64,000 bases of DNA from Felis catus. Its lineage: Eukaryota. The notes beneath the pieces were generated by a model. It saw only the letters and a list, made by a program, of their open reading frames with translations, was not told the origin of the DNA and made no database searches. Position numbers and translations under genes: made by a program. Below, piece by piece: positions 24,361 to 34,818 of this stretch; position 1 is the stretch's first letter; every line of letters begins with the position of its first letter. The stretch spans positions 53,012,001 to 53,076,000 of the forward strand of contig NC_058368.1 of NCBI RefSeq assembly GCF_018350175.1. The letters are read 5' to 3'.

Positions 24361-25207
24361 TCCATAAAAAAATTATTATTATTAGAGGAAAGTTTACGTC
24401 TTATCCCCTTCAGATTCTCCCATGACCAACACTATGCTCATCCCTCTGTCCCTTCCTTGGCCTTCCTCCCATGTCGGACCATATAACAAGTTCTATGTCT
24501 GCACCATAGCATTTGTACAGAGAGGGAAAGCCATTTCTCCCCCTCTACCAACATTTCCTTTGGGGAAAATTGAAGGCAATAAATTCCACATCCATTATAA
24601 GCAAATGTCACTGGGCCCAGTATACTCAGAGGAAAGAAAGGGAGTACAATATCAGAAGTTTTGAAACATTAAATCTAATAGCCGTGTTGATTGGGAATAG
24701 TGGAGTGATTTGTATGATCTGCTCTAAACATTCCTGAAAAGTAAAATCTCCTCCAAAAATCAGAGGAAGTAATAAAAAGACCACTGGACAAAGCAAGCAA
24801 GAGCACTGTGAATTTTACTTAAACTGGTTTGGTCATGCATAGCTCTTAGATGCTTTTGGTAAGTAATAGGAGCCCTCAAAGAAATCTGAGGTGGGTGAGG
24901 ATTCCATTGCTGCACCAGCACACACAGCTTTACTGAGGAAACCCACCCCAAGCCCAATTCTGCTGCACATACAGACATATGTCAAATAAGCATTGATTAG
25001 CAAGTAAGCCTCAGTGTACCTCAGGCAATCTGTTCTGTGACCTCGGTATGCCTTCAGGCAATCGTGAGGTGTGACCGTGTTCTTGAAGCAGGTGCCCATT
25101 ACTCTTATGGTTGGCATCAGCTGAGCAGCAGTCCTAAACCAGCACCTCAGGGCCACTTGGGGAACCATATCTTGTACCTGAAGATCCTAGCTACAGTCAT
25201 TGTTGGC

Positions 25208-25422
25208 TTTTTTTCTTTTTTAAAACTTTTTAATGTTTATTTATATTTGAGAGAGAGAGAGCGGTGGAGTGGCAGAGAGAGAGGGAGACACAGAATCTGA
25301 AGCAGGCTCCAGGCTCCGAGCGGTCAGCACAGAGCCTAATGTGGGGCTCCAACCCACACACTGTGAGATCATGACCTGAGCTGAAGTCGGGCTCTTAACC
25401 GACTGAGCCACCCAGGTGCCCC
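25208..25422 (-). mobile_element. CAN-SINE
   Basis: Reverse SINE ending GACTGAGCCACCCAGGTGCCCC. Confidence 0.96.
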
Positions 25423-26569
25423 TTTTGCTGGATTCTTAATCCATGTTCGTGCAAGAGGAACAGAGCAGGGGAAGGATATCTTGTAAATATTTTAGCCATT
25501 TTGCATGTTTTTCCTACTTCACGGTGAGAACCCATTTCTGACATTAAACATAGTAAATAACAAGCCATTAATTTCATTTAGAGCAACTCATTCTTGACAT
25601 TCACTATGTTAATTAATATCACCCCAAGTGTCAGTTGGAATATGGGTCATTTTCTACACACTTCAAGGTAGCCGTCTCCTGAGTGTGGCCCACCTGATAA
25701 AATGTTAGCCACTGTCTTTGGAGAATGGATTATTGATCAAAGCAACTCCCCATTCCTGGAATTAAACATTAAACTGGTTGGTACATAGATAATACTCCAC
25801 TCTTTCTATACTGAAGTATTAGCATATTGCATTAAAGGCATGGTAACAAAATAAAACCTAATGCATTTGAATTAATTAGAAATGAGTAGCTCTTGAGCAC
25901 CTATATGTATGAAGTTTGCTAGACACTGGGGGAGAATAAAAAGGATAAGCAAGGCACTTTGGTGTCTAGCCATTTATAGCACCATCTTCAACAACTTTGA
26001 CTCGTTAATCTAGAGATAAACATCATTGAATTGCTCGTCAGTTGTCTCCAGTCTCCTCTTAAATAGTCTTTTTGTCTGGATTCATTTTCTAGGATCTGAT
26101 TTGTCATTTGGCCAGAATTCTCACTTTCCCAAGATACCAATAGATAAAGCCTATTTGTAAATTTATTGTTTGGTTGATATCACTTTACCTGTTCCCTAGA
26201 AAAAGAGATCAGCTGTCTCTCATCTCAATCCAAGAAGCCTATAGGAACTGAGACCTGTCCTTAAAAAAAAAAAAAAAATACCGCTGGTATGTTCTGCCCC
26301 AGCCAAGATCAATTTTCTGGTTGCAATGGGCAAAAAAAAACCTCAGTGTGCTAGCAGAACCATGACTTGCGTTATATCTTTTTCTCGGTGTGAAGACTTA
26401 CGAGTTTTGTGTGCATTTACTGCTCTCCTTGTTCTTATTACTTGTGGACATTTAAAAATTATAAAGTAAGAGTAAACACAATGTAGTCTCCATTTCACAC
26501 ATCGTTAGCATGTGTGTTAGGCTATCAGACTCTTAGCTACAACTATCTACTATTCGGTGACCACCTACC

Positions 26570-26741
26570 TTTTTAAAATTTTTAACTTAGAGAAGAAAGA
26601 GGAGAGGAAAGAGGCAGAGAAAGAGAGAGAGAGAGAGAGAGCATGGACCCAGACACGGGGCTCTATCCCACAACCCTGGGATCATGATCTGAGCTGAAAT
26701 CAAGAGTTGACACTCAACCAACTGAGCCACCCAGGCACCCC
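26570..26741 (-). mobile_element. CAN-SINE (older, internally deleted)
   Basis: (GA)n, GGGATCATGATCTGAGCTGAAATCAAGAG and CTGAGCCACCCAGGCACCCC. Confidence 0.92.
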
Positions 26742-26744
26742 ACT

Positions 26745-26955
26745 TATTATGATCTAGACATTTGCTAAGTACTGTACAGGCGTGTCATTTGACCTCCACA
26801 CCCTTTGTGGAGGCTTTTATTATCCCTATTTTATAGATAAGATACTGAGATATAGGAAGACGATACCAGTTGCCAAAGTTACACAGCTAGTGGGCAATGG
26901 AAGTGGACTTTAACTCAGCTCTCTGTCTCCAGCCAGCACCCTAACTACCTTATGC
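26745..26955 (-). mobile_element. MIR
   Basis: TATTATCCCTATTTTATAGATAAGATACTGAG...TTGCCAAAGTTACACAGCTAGT is a reverse MIR core. Confidence 0.8.
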
Positions 26956-27659
26956 TACCTGTAACCAGTCCTTTCCCCATACTGCACTAGGCCATGCACA
27001 GTCCTCTTAACTATTTACAACTTAGGGCAACCTCAAGCCAGAAACCTTTTCTGTATCCCCAGCTCCAGGTTTATGACTTAGTAAACCATGAGTGAGTAAG
27101 GTGATACTTCCTGAAAACATTGCTTTTAAAACAGGATTCTTTTCCTGCTTTTGTTTTCATGACCATGTCGATAATCTTCCCCGTGAAAACTCCAGTTTCT
27201 TTGAGTCATCAAATAAACAAAAACTTAACATTGCGAACCCCAACAGGCAATACCGCTTGCAGAGGAGGCATCTCTGTGGCCCCCTTCACAGCGGTCCCTG
27301 CAGAGGGTCCCGACACCCCTTGCAGAGATGCCAAAGCCCGAGCACTGTTACTTGTCCTTAATTGCTCCAATAGGAGAGGCAACCACGATGAGAAAGAAAG
27401 GGTATATTTGCAGAGAAATAGAGCAATGGAGAAAGTTTCCAAAGTTGGGGGGTTTTGTTTTGTTGCTTGAGAACTCTAAATATTTAAAGTATATCATGAC
27501 TTTTTGGATTAAGTGCAGAGCACACATCTTGCAACTCCGGGCCAACTCCAGGCAAAAACAGAAACTAGGCAAATGTCTCCTGGGACTCTCAAAATCTTTC
27601 TCTTGACTTCCATTCTACCCAGTTCTCCCTTTTCTAAAGCTCAAGTAATCCTCCCTATT

Positions 27660-27837
27660 TTTAAATTTAAAAAATATATTTAATTTGTTAAGTGTTGAAC
27701 TTTAATTCCAGTGTAATTAACATATAGTGCTATGTTAGTGTGAGATATACAATATAGTGACTCAACAATTCTGTACGTTACTCAGCTCTCATCATGATAA
27801 GTGTACTCTTAATCCCCTTTGCCTATCTCGCCCTATT
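27660..27837 (-). mobile_element. Short 5'-truncated carnivore L1 with TSD
   Basis: TACAATATAGTGACTCAACAATTCTGTAC...CATCATGATAAGTGTACTCTTAATCCCC is an L1 3' UTR. TSD TCAAGTAATCC(C)TCCCTATT (27641-27659 / 27838-27857). Confidence 0.85.
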
Positions 27838-27929
27838 TCAAGTAATCCCTCCCTATTAAACCTTACTCTTAAAAAGAAAGATATCAAATAGGTAATTAAT
27901 AAATACTACTGTCCAGCCTTAGCAAAAAT

Positions 27930-28430
27930 ATAGGGACCTAGAAATTCTCATAAAAAGTTTGGTAAAATTTTATATTGGTACATCCTTTGTGGTTATCACT
28001 TATCAACTGCCTTTAAAATGTATATACCTGTAAATTGAAGTATTCCAGGACTCTATCTTTAAAGAGTGTTAACGCAACATTCAAAACTATCGGAATATAT
28101 CACGGAATTTTTTTTTACAAAGCAAGCTAAATGAACAAGAAGATGAAATTGGTTAAATCAAATTATAGCTCAACCTTACATACTAAGTAACCATCACAAT
28201 TATATTGGAGAAACACTTAATTTCCAATAAAACCTGATAAAAACAGATTATAAGCGACCTAGAAAAGTAAAATATTATCTGCATAAAATAAAGATTAAAG
28301 AGTGTACTCTCTTTAGAATTTAAACATTAACCATGTTTAGGTAATAGGAACGCAGATGACTTATTTTGTTCTTTGTTCATCTTTAGTCTGGAGTTTTTAA
28401 AGTGAAATGCACTTCCATTATGGTAAAAAA
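27930..28430 (+). mobile_element. Highly decayed old L1 (L1M) fragment
   Basis: A-rich segment with L1M-like motifs (GGTTAAATCAAATTATAG; TTTAAAATGTATATACC). Confidence 0.4.
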
Positions 28431-29309
28431 AAAAAAAAAAAGGAGGGAGGGTTCTATTTTGTTTTATTTTAAGAAGAAAAATCTGATATCCTGAGTGTTA
28501 ATGTAAGAGACTCTATTAACTTTGGTCCTTATTTGTGAAATGAAGGATTTTTTTTTTTTTTTAATCTGGAAAAAGAAAGCTTCAGCATTTGGGACTGTAT
28601 GCAAAAGGATTTTCCTTAATAAGACATCCTTTCAAGGACGTATACTAGCAGCTGCTCAGAGGCTCAGTGGAGCCTCACAGGAGGCTAAGACTTGCTTCAA
28701 GGGCCTCCTTGCATTTGGAAGTCCCTGTGAAGCCATTTATATCTGCAACTCCAAACCCAGGATGCTGTGGGTTTCCCAATTTGTACTCAGTGATATATGG
28801 AATAGGTTTTTCTTCCCTGTAGATGATATACTGGAGACATGAGAAGATGAAATGATAGAGGATCTTTTGAAGGAAAAGAGCAAGTCCCCTCAAAGCGTGC
28901 CGCAATTCCTTAGATAGGCGCTGGCGGCCCTGTCACACCAAATTCCCCGCCCGAACCGTGTGTGGTCCTGCACTCATGCCTTTGCTCGGGCTGGAATGTC
29001 TTTCCCACCTTCTTACCCTAGGGTAATTCTACTCCATCCAAGACCTAATCCAAACTTCTCCTCTCTTCTGGATACTACGTACTTCACAGCCCTCTCTTGT
29101 GTCCTTCACTATCTCCAGAGAGCAGAAACAATTATTTCTCTCTTCCATGAGCAGCTACATTACTTTTTATCATATTGCTAATATGGAATGAATCAGAAAG
29201 CATTGTGATATTGACTTGCCATTTTATTTCTCTTGGCCCCATTTTTTTTTTCTTCTAATCTACTCCAACCATCAGGAGTCTTTAGCAGGACAGGAGAAGG
29301 GAGAAAAGA

Positions 29310-29930
29310 GCAATGAAGCTAATATGTATTCAGTCCCTACTGTTCATCAGGTGCCGTCTATAATAGGGGCTTTCCCGTACACTGCCTTATGCTATTATCA
29401 AGTCATCTAAAATGCGTGAGGTACTATCTTTACTGTCTAATGGAACAGGTAGGCTCTCAGAAAGGTTATGGACTTTGATCAAAGTGGCACAGCTGCTGAT
29501 ATGGACTGAATTGTCTCCCCCAACCGCCAAATCTGTATGTCAAAGCCCTACCCCCTAGTGTGGTGGTATTTGAAGATGGGGCCTTTGGGAGGTGATTAGG
29601 TTTAAGTGAGGTCATGAGGGTGGGGTCCTCACGATGGGATTAGTGCCCTTTTTAGAAGAGACACCAGAGAGCTTGCTCTGGCTCCTTTATGTGAGATCAC
29701 CGAAAGAAGGCAGCCATCTGCGAGGCAGGAAGAGAGCTGTCACCAGGACTGACCACATCAGCACTTCAATCTCTGATCCCAGACCTCCAGCCTCCAGAAC
29801 TGTGAAAATGTAAATTTCTGTTGTTTAAGGCACCCAGTCTATAGCTTTTGTTATGGCAACCCAAGCAGACAAATATGCTGTTGAATATCAGAGCCAGCAT
29901 TTAAATCCTGACTTATTTTTTCCTGTAATT
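29310..29930 (-). mobile_element. MIR split by the MLT1A LTR
   Basis: GTGAGGTACTATC...GGCTCTCAGAAAGGTTATGGACTTTGATCAAAGTGGCACAGCT resumes after the LTR as ...CAGAGCCAGCATTTAAATCC. Confidence 0.65.
29497..29876 (+). mobile_element. ERVL-MaLR solo LTR (MLT1A/MLT1A0)
   Basis: TGATATGGACTGAATTGTCTCCCC start, GGGGCCTTTGGGAGGTGATTAGGTTT and CCAGCCTCCAGAACTGTGA...AAATTTCTGTTGTTTAAG. TSD-like GCTGC/GCTGT (5 bp). Confidence 0.92.
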
Positions 29931-30340
29931 CTACAGTGCCTCTCAATGTGAACTGTTTGTGGCACGCTTTTATAACTCCAATACTGAGCAGACTGACTGC
30001 AATATAGTAGACAGAAATCCAATGGACAGATGTTGGATGTTGAATGAATGACTGAATAATTGAATGGTTATACGTAGAAAGATAAGCATTGACTGCTGAA
30101 ATTTCACAATCTAGACATATACCCATTCACAGAGTTTTAGTTTGAGGCACAGTATTTCTGATTACCACAGAGCAAATCTGTACCACTATCTTGGTGGCAA
30201 AGAATTTACTGGGATGTTCTGGATTGTGTACAGGATACTGTGGGCATTTGTTGAACTATTTTGCTAAAGAAGATGAGAGGTGACTTGGGAATCAGTCAGA
30301 AATGCTAGGAAGCTACATTTATCTTTTGAGGTTCCTGGGT

Positions 30341-30514
30341 GTTTTTTTTAAGTTTATTTATTTGTTTTGAGGGGGGGAGGGGCCAAGAGAGACAGAGAGA
30401 GAGAATCCCAAGCAGGCTCCACGGTGCCAGCATAGCCAACATGGGGCTCTAACTCATGACTTGAACCGATATCATGAGTCAGACACTTAACTGACTGAGC
30501 CACACGGGTGCCCC
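30341..30514 (-). mobile_element. CAN-SINE (short) inserted at the tail of the adjacent SINE
   Basis: Reverse SINE. TSD GAGGTTCCTGG (30328-30338 / 30515-30525). Confidence 0.92.
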
Positions 30515-30525
30515 GAGGTTCCTGG

Positions 30526-30742
30526 TTTTTTTTTAATTTTTTTAAAATGTTCATTTATTTTTGAGACAGATACAGAGTGAGCAGGGGAGGAGCAGAGAAA
30601 GAGGAAAACACAGAAATGGAAGCAGGCACCAGGCTCTGGGCTGCCAGCACAGAGCCCGACGTGGGGCTTGAACCCACGAACTGGGAGATCATGACCTGAG
30701 CCGAAGTCGGAGGCTTAACTGACTGAGCCACCCAGGCACCCC
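30526..30742 (-). mobile_element. CAN-SINE
   Basis: Reverse SINE ending CTGAGCCACCCAGGCACCCC. Confidence 0.96.
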
Positions 30743-31990
30743 TACCATTTTTTATTTGTACATGAAATGAAAACTGGGAATATTAGAAAGTTTGTTATCA
30801 TTCATTGCATTAGTGATATATTTACACACATACTGGCCTATCCGCTATCTCACAAGCAGGGAGAGGTAGTGCTAACCCTCACCTGTAAGTTGTGGGGGGT
30901 GAGCAGCAGAGAATGGATTGTTAAAGTCCTTTCCTAATTTGACATTCAGCAACTCTACTCCTATCGTTGTAACAGTCACGGTGAGAGGAGAAGGCTCTCT
31001 TCTCCCTACCATTTGTAGCATAATGAAATTCTACCCCATCTTCAAAACTCAATTCAAATATTTCCTTTTTCCTCAACACCATCCCACACTCCCTGAGTCA
31101 TGTCCCTCAACTCTATTCCCCCAGGAAAGGGTCAGAATTAATCTCCCCTTCCGTGAGCATCCACAACACTTCGTTCATATCGCTGATAAAGAGTGGATCG
31201 GAGTGCATTATGAGAAGTGGCACCAGTCTATTTCTCCTTGCCCTACGCTTTCATCGGTTCCCTCCATGCTGGGAAGTCCTAGGGAAACTACTAGGAGGAT
31301 ACTCATCATGAGTTTAATCACCCCAAGGCAGCAAACGAATGGTTCTCAGTCTGCTTTCTTAAACTGGAAAAGCACACAGTAGAATTTATCTCGTGTTTTA
31401 AAGATAAAAATTGCCACAGTTTATGGTTTGTAAAGAATATTATTTTGAACTTTACACCATTCTTGATTGTAAAACATATAACTTTCTCTTCCCTGTTTAG
31501 AGTGATAAATCACACTGATTTCTTTTGTAATCACATCAAATCTTACTTTATTTTAATAGTGATTTTGACTCTGACACATTTGTTATCATGCTAGTCGTGC
31601 AACCATTAAGGAAACACAATATCATAATCTCCTTCATGCCATTTGTTCAATGGTTATAATATTTAAAATACGGCCCTTGAAGAACAATCCAGAAAAAAAT
31701 TTCTAAGGGTCCCATGAGCATTCCTGTCAGCTTCATAACCTGCAAACTGGGAGTTAGCAATCCTCAATTCACACTTGGTGACCAGTGTTGTTAACGAACC
31801 ATTGGGTGACTGTGAAAGTGGCAAGAAAAAACCCCCAGATCTCATACATCTTTTGTTCTCTCCTTTAAAAGTTCACTACCTTTGATGACTATTCATATAC
31901 TTCTATCTTGCACAAGAGTAATTCTTATGCTTCCCTAAAATACAAATTGCTTACATACCTCAATCTTGTTGAGTTCCATAAATGTGTCAA

Positions 31991-32012
31991 TGTGTGTGTG
32001 TGTGTGTGTGTG
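31991..32012. repeat. (TG)11 microsatellite
   Basis: Perfect TG run. Confidence 0.95.
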
Positions 32013-33424
32013 TACTGAAATCCTACCATATTTGCCTATATTTTTAAAAAGATATGAATGTTAAAAAAAGATATAAAAAGTAAAGTAGATATGAATCTCA
32101 TAAAGAGCCATTAAGAGGCATAGCTAAAAGATTAAGGTAAATATATATTATGAGACATGGTAATAAGGTGGTCAGGCACACTTGAAATTAAGTTGAAATG
32201 TAATATACGGAGATGAAAGGAAATTAAATATGAAGCCCTGAGATACTTATTAAGCCGTCAGTGGGAATCTGGTTGATGATGTCACAAGCCAGGAGAGAAA
32301 AGACGACGCATGCAAAGTTGGACGAGATCCAGTTTGCGCTGTAAATTTATGCAGTTAATTTTGTCCCCTGACTGCATTCAGATGAGCATTTCTCCTCGAC
32401 ATACACCAAGAAAATTGCTGCATTATAGCTGTGTTAATGGTAATCAGCATGCTAATGAGCACCAGAAGGTCGTTACAGCAAAGAGAGGTTCAAAGATGTA
32501 TAACCTAGAGGAAACAAGAACGTAATTCTTCAGGGAATGCAAGTGTCTTGTTTGTAGGTCATAGATTATTTGTTTTGGTCACTGCATTGCACAGGGAGTT
32601 TAATTTAAGCAGGAAAAAAAAAATGAAGCTTTTTGAATTGTGAGAGCAGCCCAGCTTAATTAAGAAAAGTAACACCGGATAGCTTTGAATTTGTGGTAAA
32701 AATAGGATCTTTGGTAGACCTAAGACAGTACTAAATAGTGCTGTCCAACGTGGAATTCTATCTGTGGTTATGCAAAATGTGAGATTTTATTTGTATTTAT
32801 GTGTAAGCTAGAAGTTGCTTCACGGCTCTCTGGCAAGGACAGGGTCAAAATATCAGGGGTGACAAAGGTAACATTCAGAAATTAAGTCATGGTATTGTGC
32901 AAACAGTGTCAGGGTCTAAACCTTCTGAGAGAATTTAGAGATATTTCATTGTTTACTTCAGTTGCACATTTTGGCTTCAAAAGGTTAAGTATTTATTGAT
33001 ACTGACAAGGGAGAGTATTCAATCAGGAAATACTGCTGCTATAGCTTATTAAAAAGTTCAGGGACATAAATGATGTGCTGATTTTTAGGCTAAGCTAAAT
33101 AGTTCCTCCCAGGATCTTCCTCCCACCAAAGATTTAGGGAATCACAGTAGGCACCAATTCCTACATAGTATCAGTAAAACAGAATCATAATATCACTTGC
33201 TTAAATCGTTATAGAGGTTCTGTGTTTTCGTTTAATGTGTACTTTTGAATAGACTGTTTTGCTAATATGCTCTTTGGGTAGGCTTATAACCAAAGAATAA
33301 TATCTTAGAAATGAACAATGGCAATAATTTGCATTTCCCCTGTTTGCTAGCACATGGAATTTGTCACAAGATTCAAATGAACGTTTTTGCCATCCCAAAA
33401 AGGACAAATAAAATAGCTTCTGAT

Positions 33425-33451
33425 GATAGATAGATAGATAGATAGATAGAT
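33425..33451. repeat. (GATA)n microsatellite
   Basis: About 6-7 GATA units. Confidence 0.92.
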
Positions 33452-34049
33452 GCACACACATGCATAGGACTGATTATAATATAATGTAATCTGCTATACT
33501 ATAATATAATAATATACCATCATACTGCACTATACTAAACCACACTAAGGGCATTTTAAAATTTCCAGCCTAACGACTCTCCAAATTAGAAGTTCCTACT
33601 TTTTATGGTTACCAGTTTCCTCAAATAAATATCTTCTTTTGTGATATCAGGTAACTACCTTTCTTCTGAATTCTCAAGGTTAAACCTCAGCAGACCCAGT
33701 CCTCAAACTTTTTCCCTGCAAAGAGAAGCATATTTTGGATTAAAACCAATGTTTTAATTGTTTGAGTCTACCTTGTCACTTCAAAAAAAAAAAATCTGAT
33801 ACATATCCTCTCATAAAGGTACTATCCCATCTATACAGAATAATTAAACTGGGGAAGAATAGGCTTACATGCCAATTGGGAAAGAAAAAGAAGAAGAAAA
33901 TAAGAAAAGATGAACAACAGTTGGGGAGGGAAGGGGGTGGAAGGAAGGAGAAGACAGAGAAGGAAGGGAGGAAGAGAAGGAGTGAGAGATTATGGCAGTA
34001 TAGAAATACAGGATGAATAGGTGAGATACTTAATAATTTATCAGAATGG

Positions 34050-34818
34050 TGTTGGGAAAATGTGACTAAAAGACAAAATTTTTTTTTCCAACACAGAAAA
34101 CCTTTCCACAAAGGTAGGAAAGAAAAAAAAAAACACTTTTATTACCGAATAAGCATTAAGCCACAATGTGATGAGCATCACAGGCAATCCACTGAAAGAC
34201 TGCAGAAACAGAAAACAAACTGACCCCCTTATGTGGCCAAGCAGACACAACCCATTACATACATGTTCTCAAAATAAATAGTAACTAGTCCCTCAAGTCA
34301 GAGGACTTGACAGTGGCCGTTTGTCACAAGTAGTTCATCCTAACTTCACCTGGTAGTTGGGGTGACCATCTGTGTTGGCTAAGTGGCTTTATCTAGAGAA
34401 AAAAGAAGCTTCTCGTATCTCTGACAGGAAGTAGTTTTGGAACTTGGAACAAGGCGACTGTGGACATTACGCACAGACGCTGGGGGTTAGGGGTGCTGTC
34501 TTCCTTGATGCTTACATTTTAAATAGAGGACTCCTTAGTCCTTAAGAAAGACATTCCCTGTTCAGAAAGCTGACAAAAGTCCTATCCAGGTTTCAAAAAG
34601 GATTCTCATATATTTCAAACAGATGAGAAAGTATGTCCAATTACAAGTTTTCTAAGGAAAATGCTCTGAGAAAAAAGGGGAGGAGGGAAATCTCCTCCCT
34701 TATTTTCAACAGGAAAAATTAATCTTTTATCTTTAATAATAAAATAATAAATAATAAAATAATTTTAAAAATAATAAAATAAATCTCTTATCTTTAATTT
34801 GTATTATTTCTCCTTACC
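34050..34818 (-). mobile_element. ERV1 solo LTR (MER34/MER89/MER90 group)
   Basis: TGTTGGGAA terminus, GGGTGCTGTCTTCCTTGATGCTTACATTT...GTCCTTAAGAAAGACATTCC and CAAGTTTTCTAAGGAAAATGCTCT motifs. 4-bp TSD ATGG (34046-34049 / 34819-34822), as expected for ERV1. Confidence 0.8.

Noticed and set aside
28895..28960. CpG cluster with a CTCF-like CCTTAGATAGGCGCTG
   Set aside because: It needs an insertion relative to the CTCF core, and is too short and weak to support a call.
30918..31382. Longest ORF in the window (154 aa)
   Set aside because: It has a TTG start, overlaps L2-like sequence (CCCATCTTCAAAACTCAATTCAAATATTTCC), and shows no recognisable domain or codon bias.
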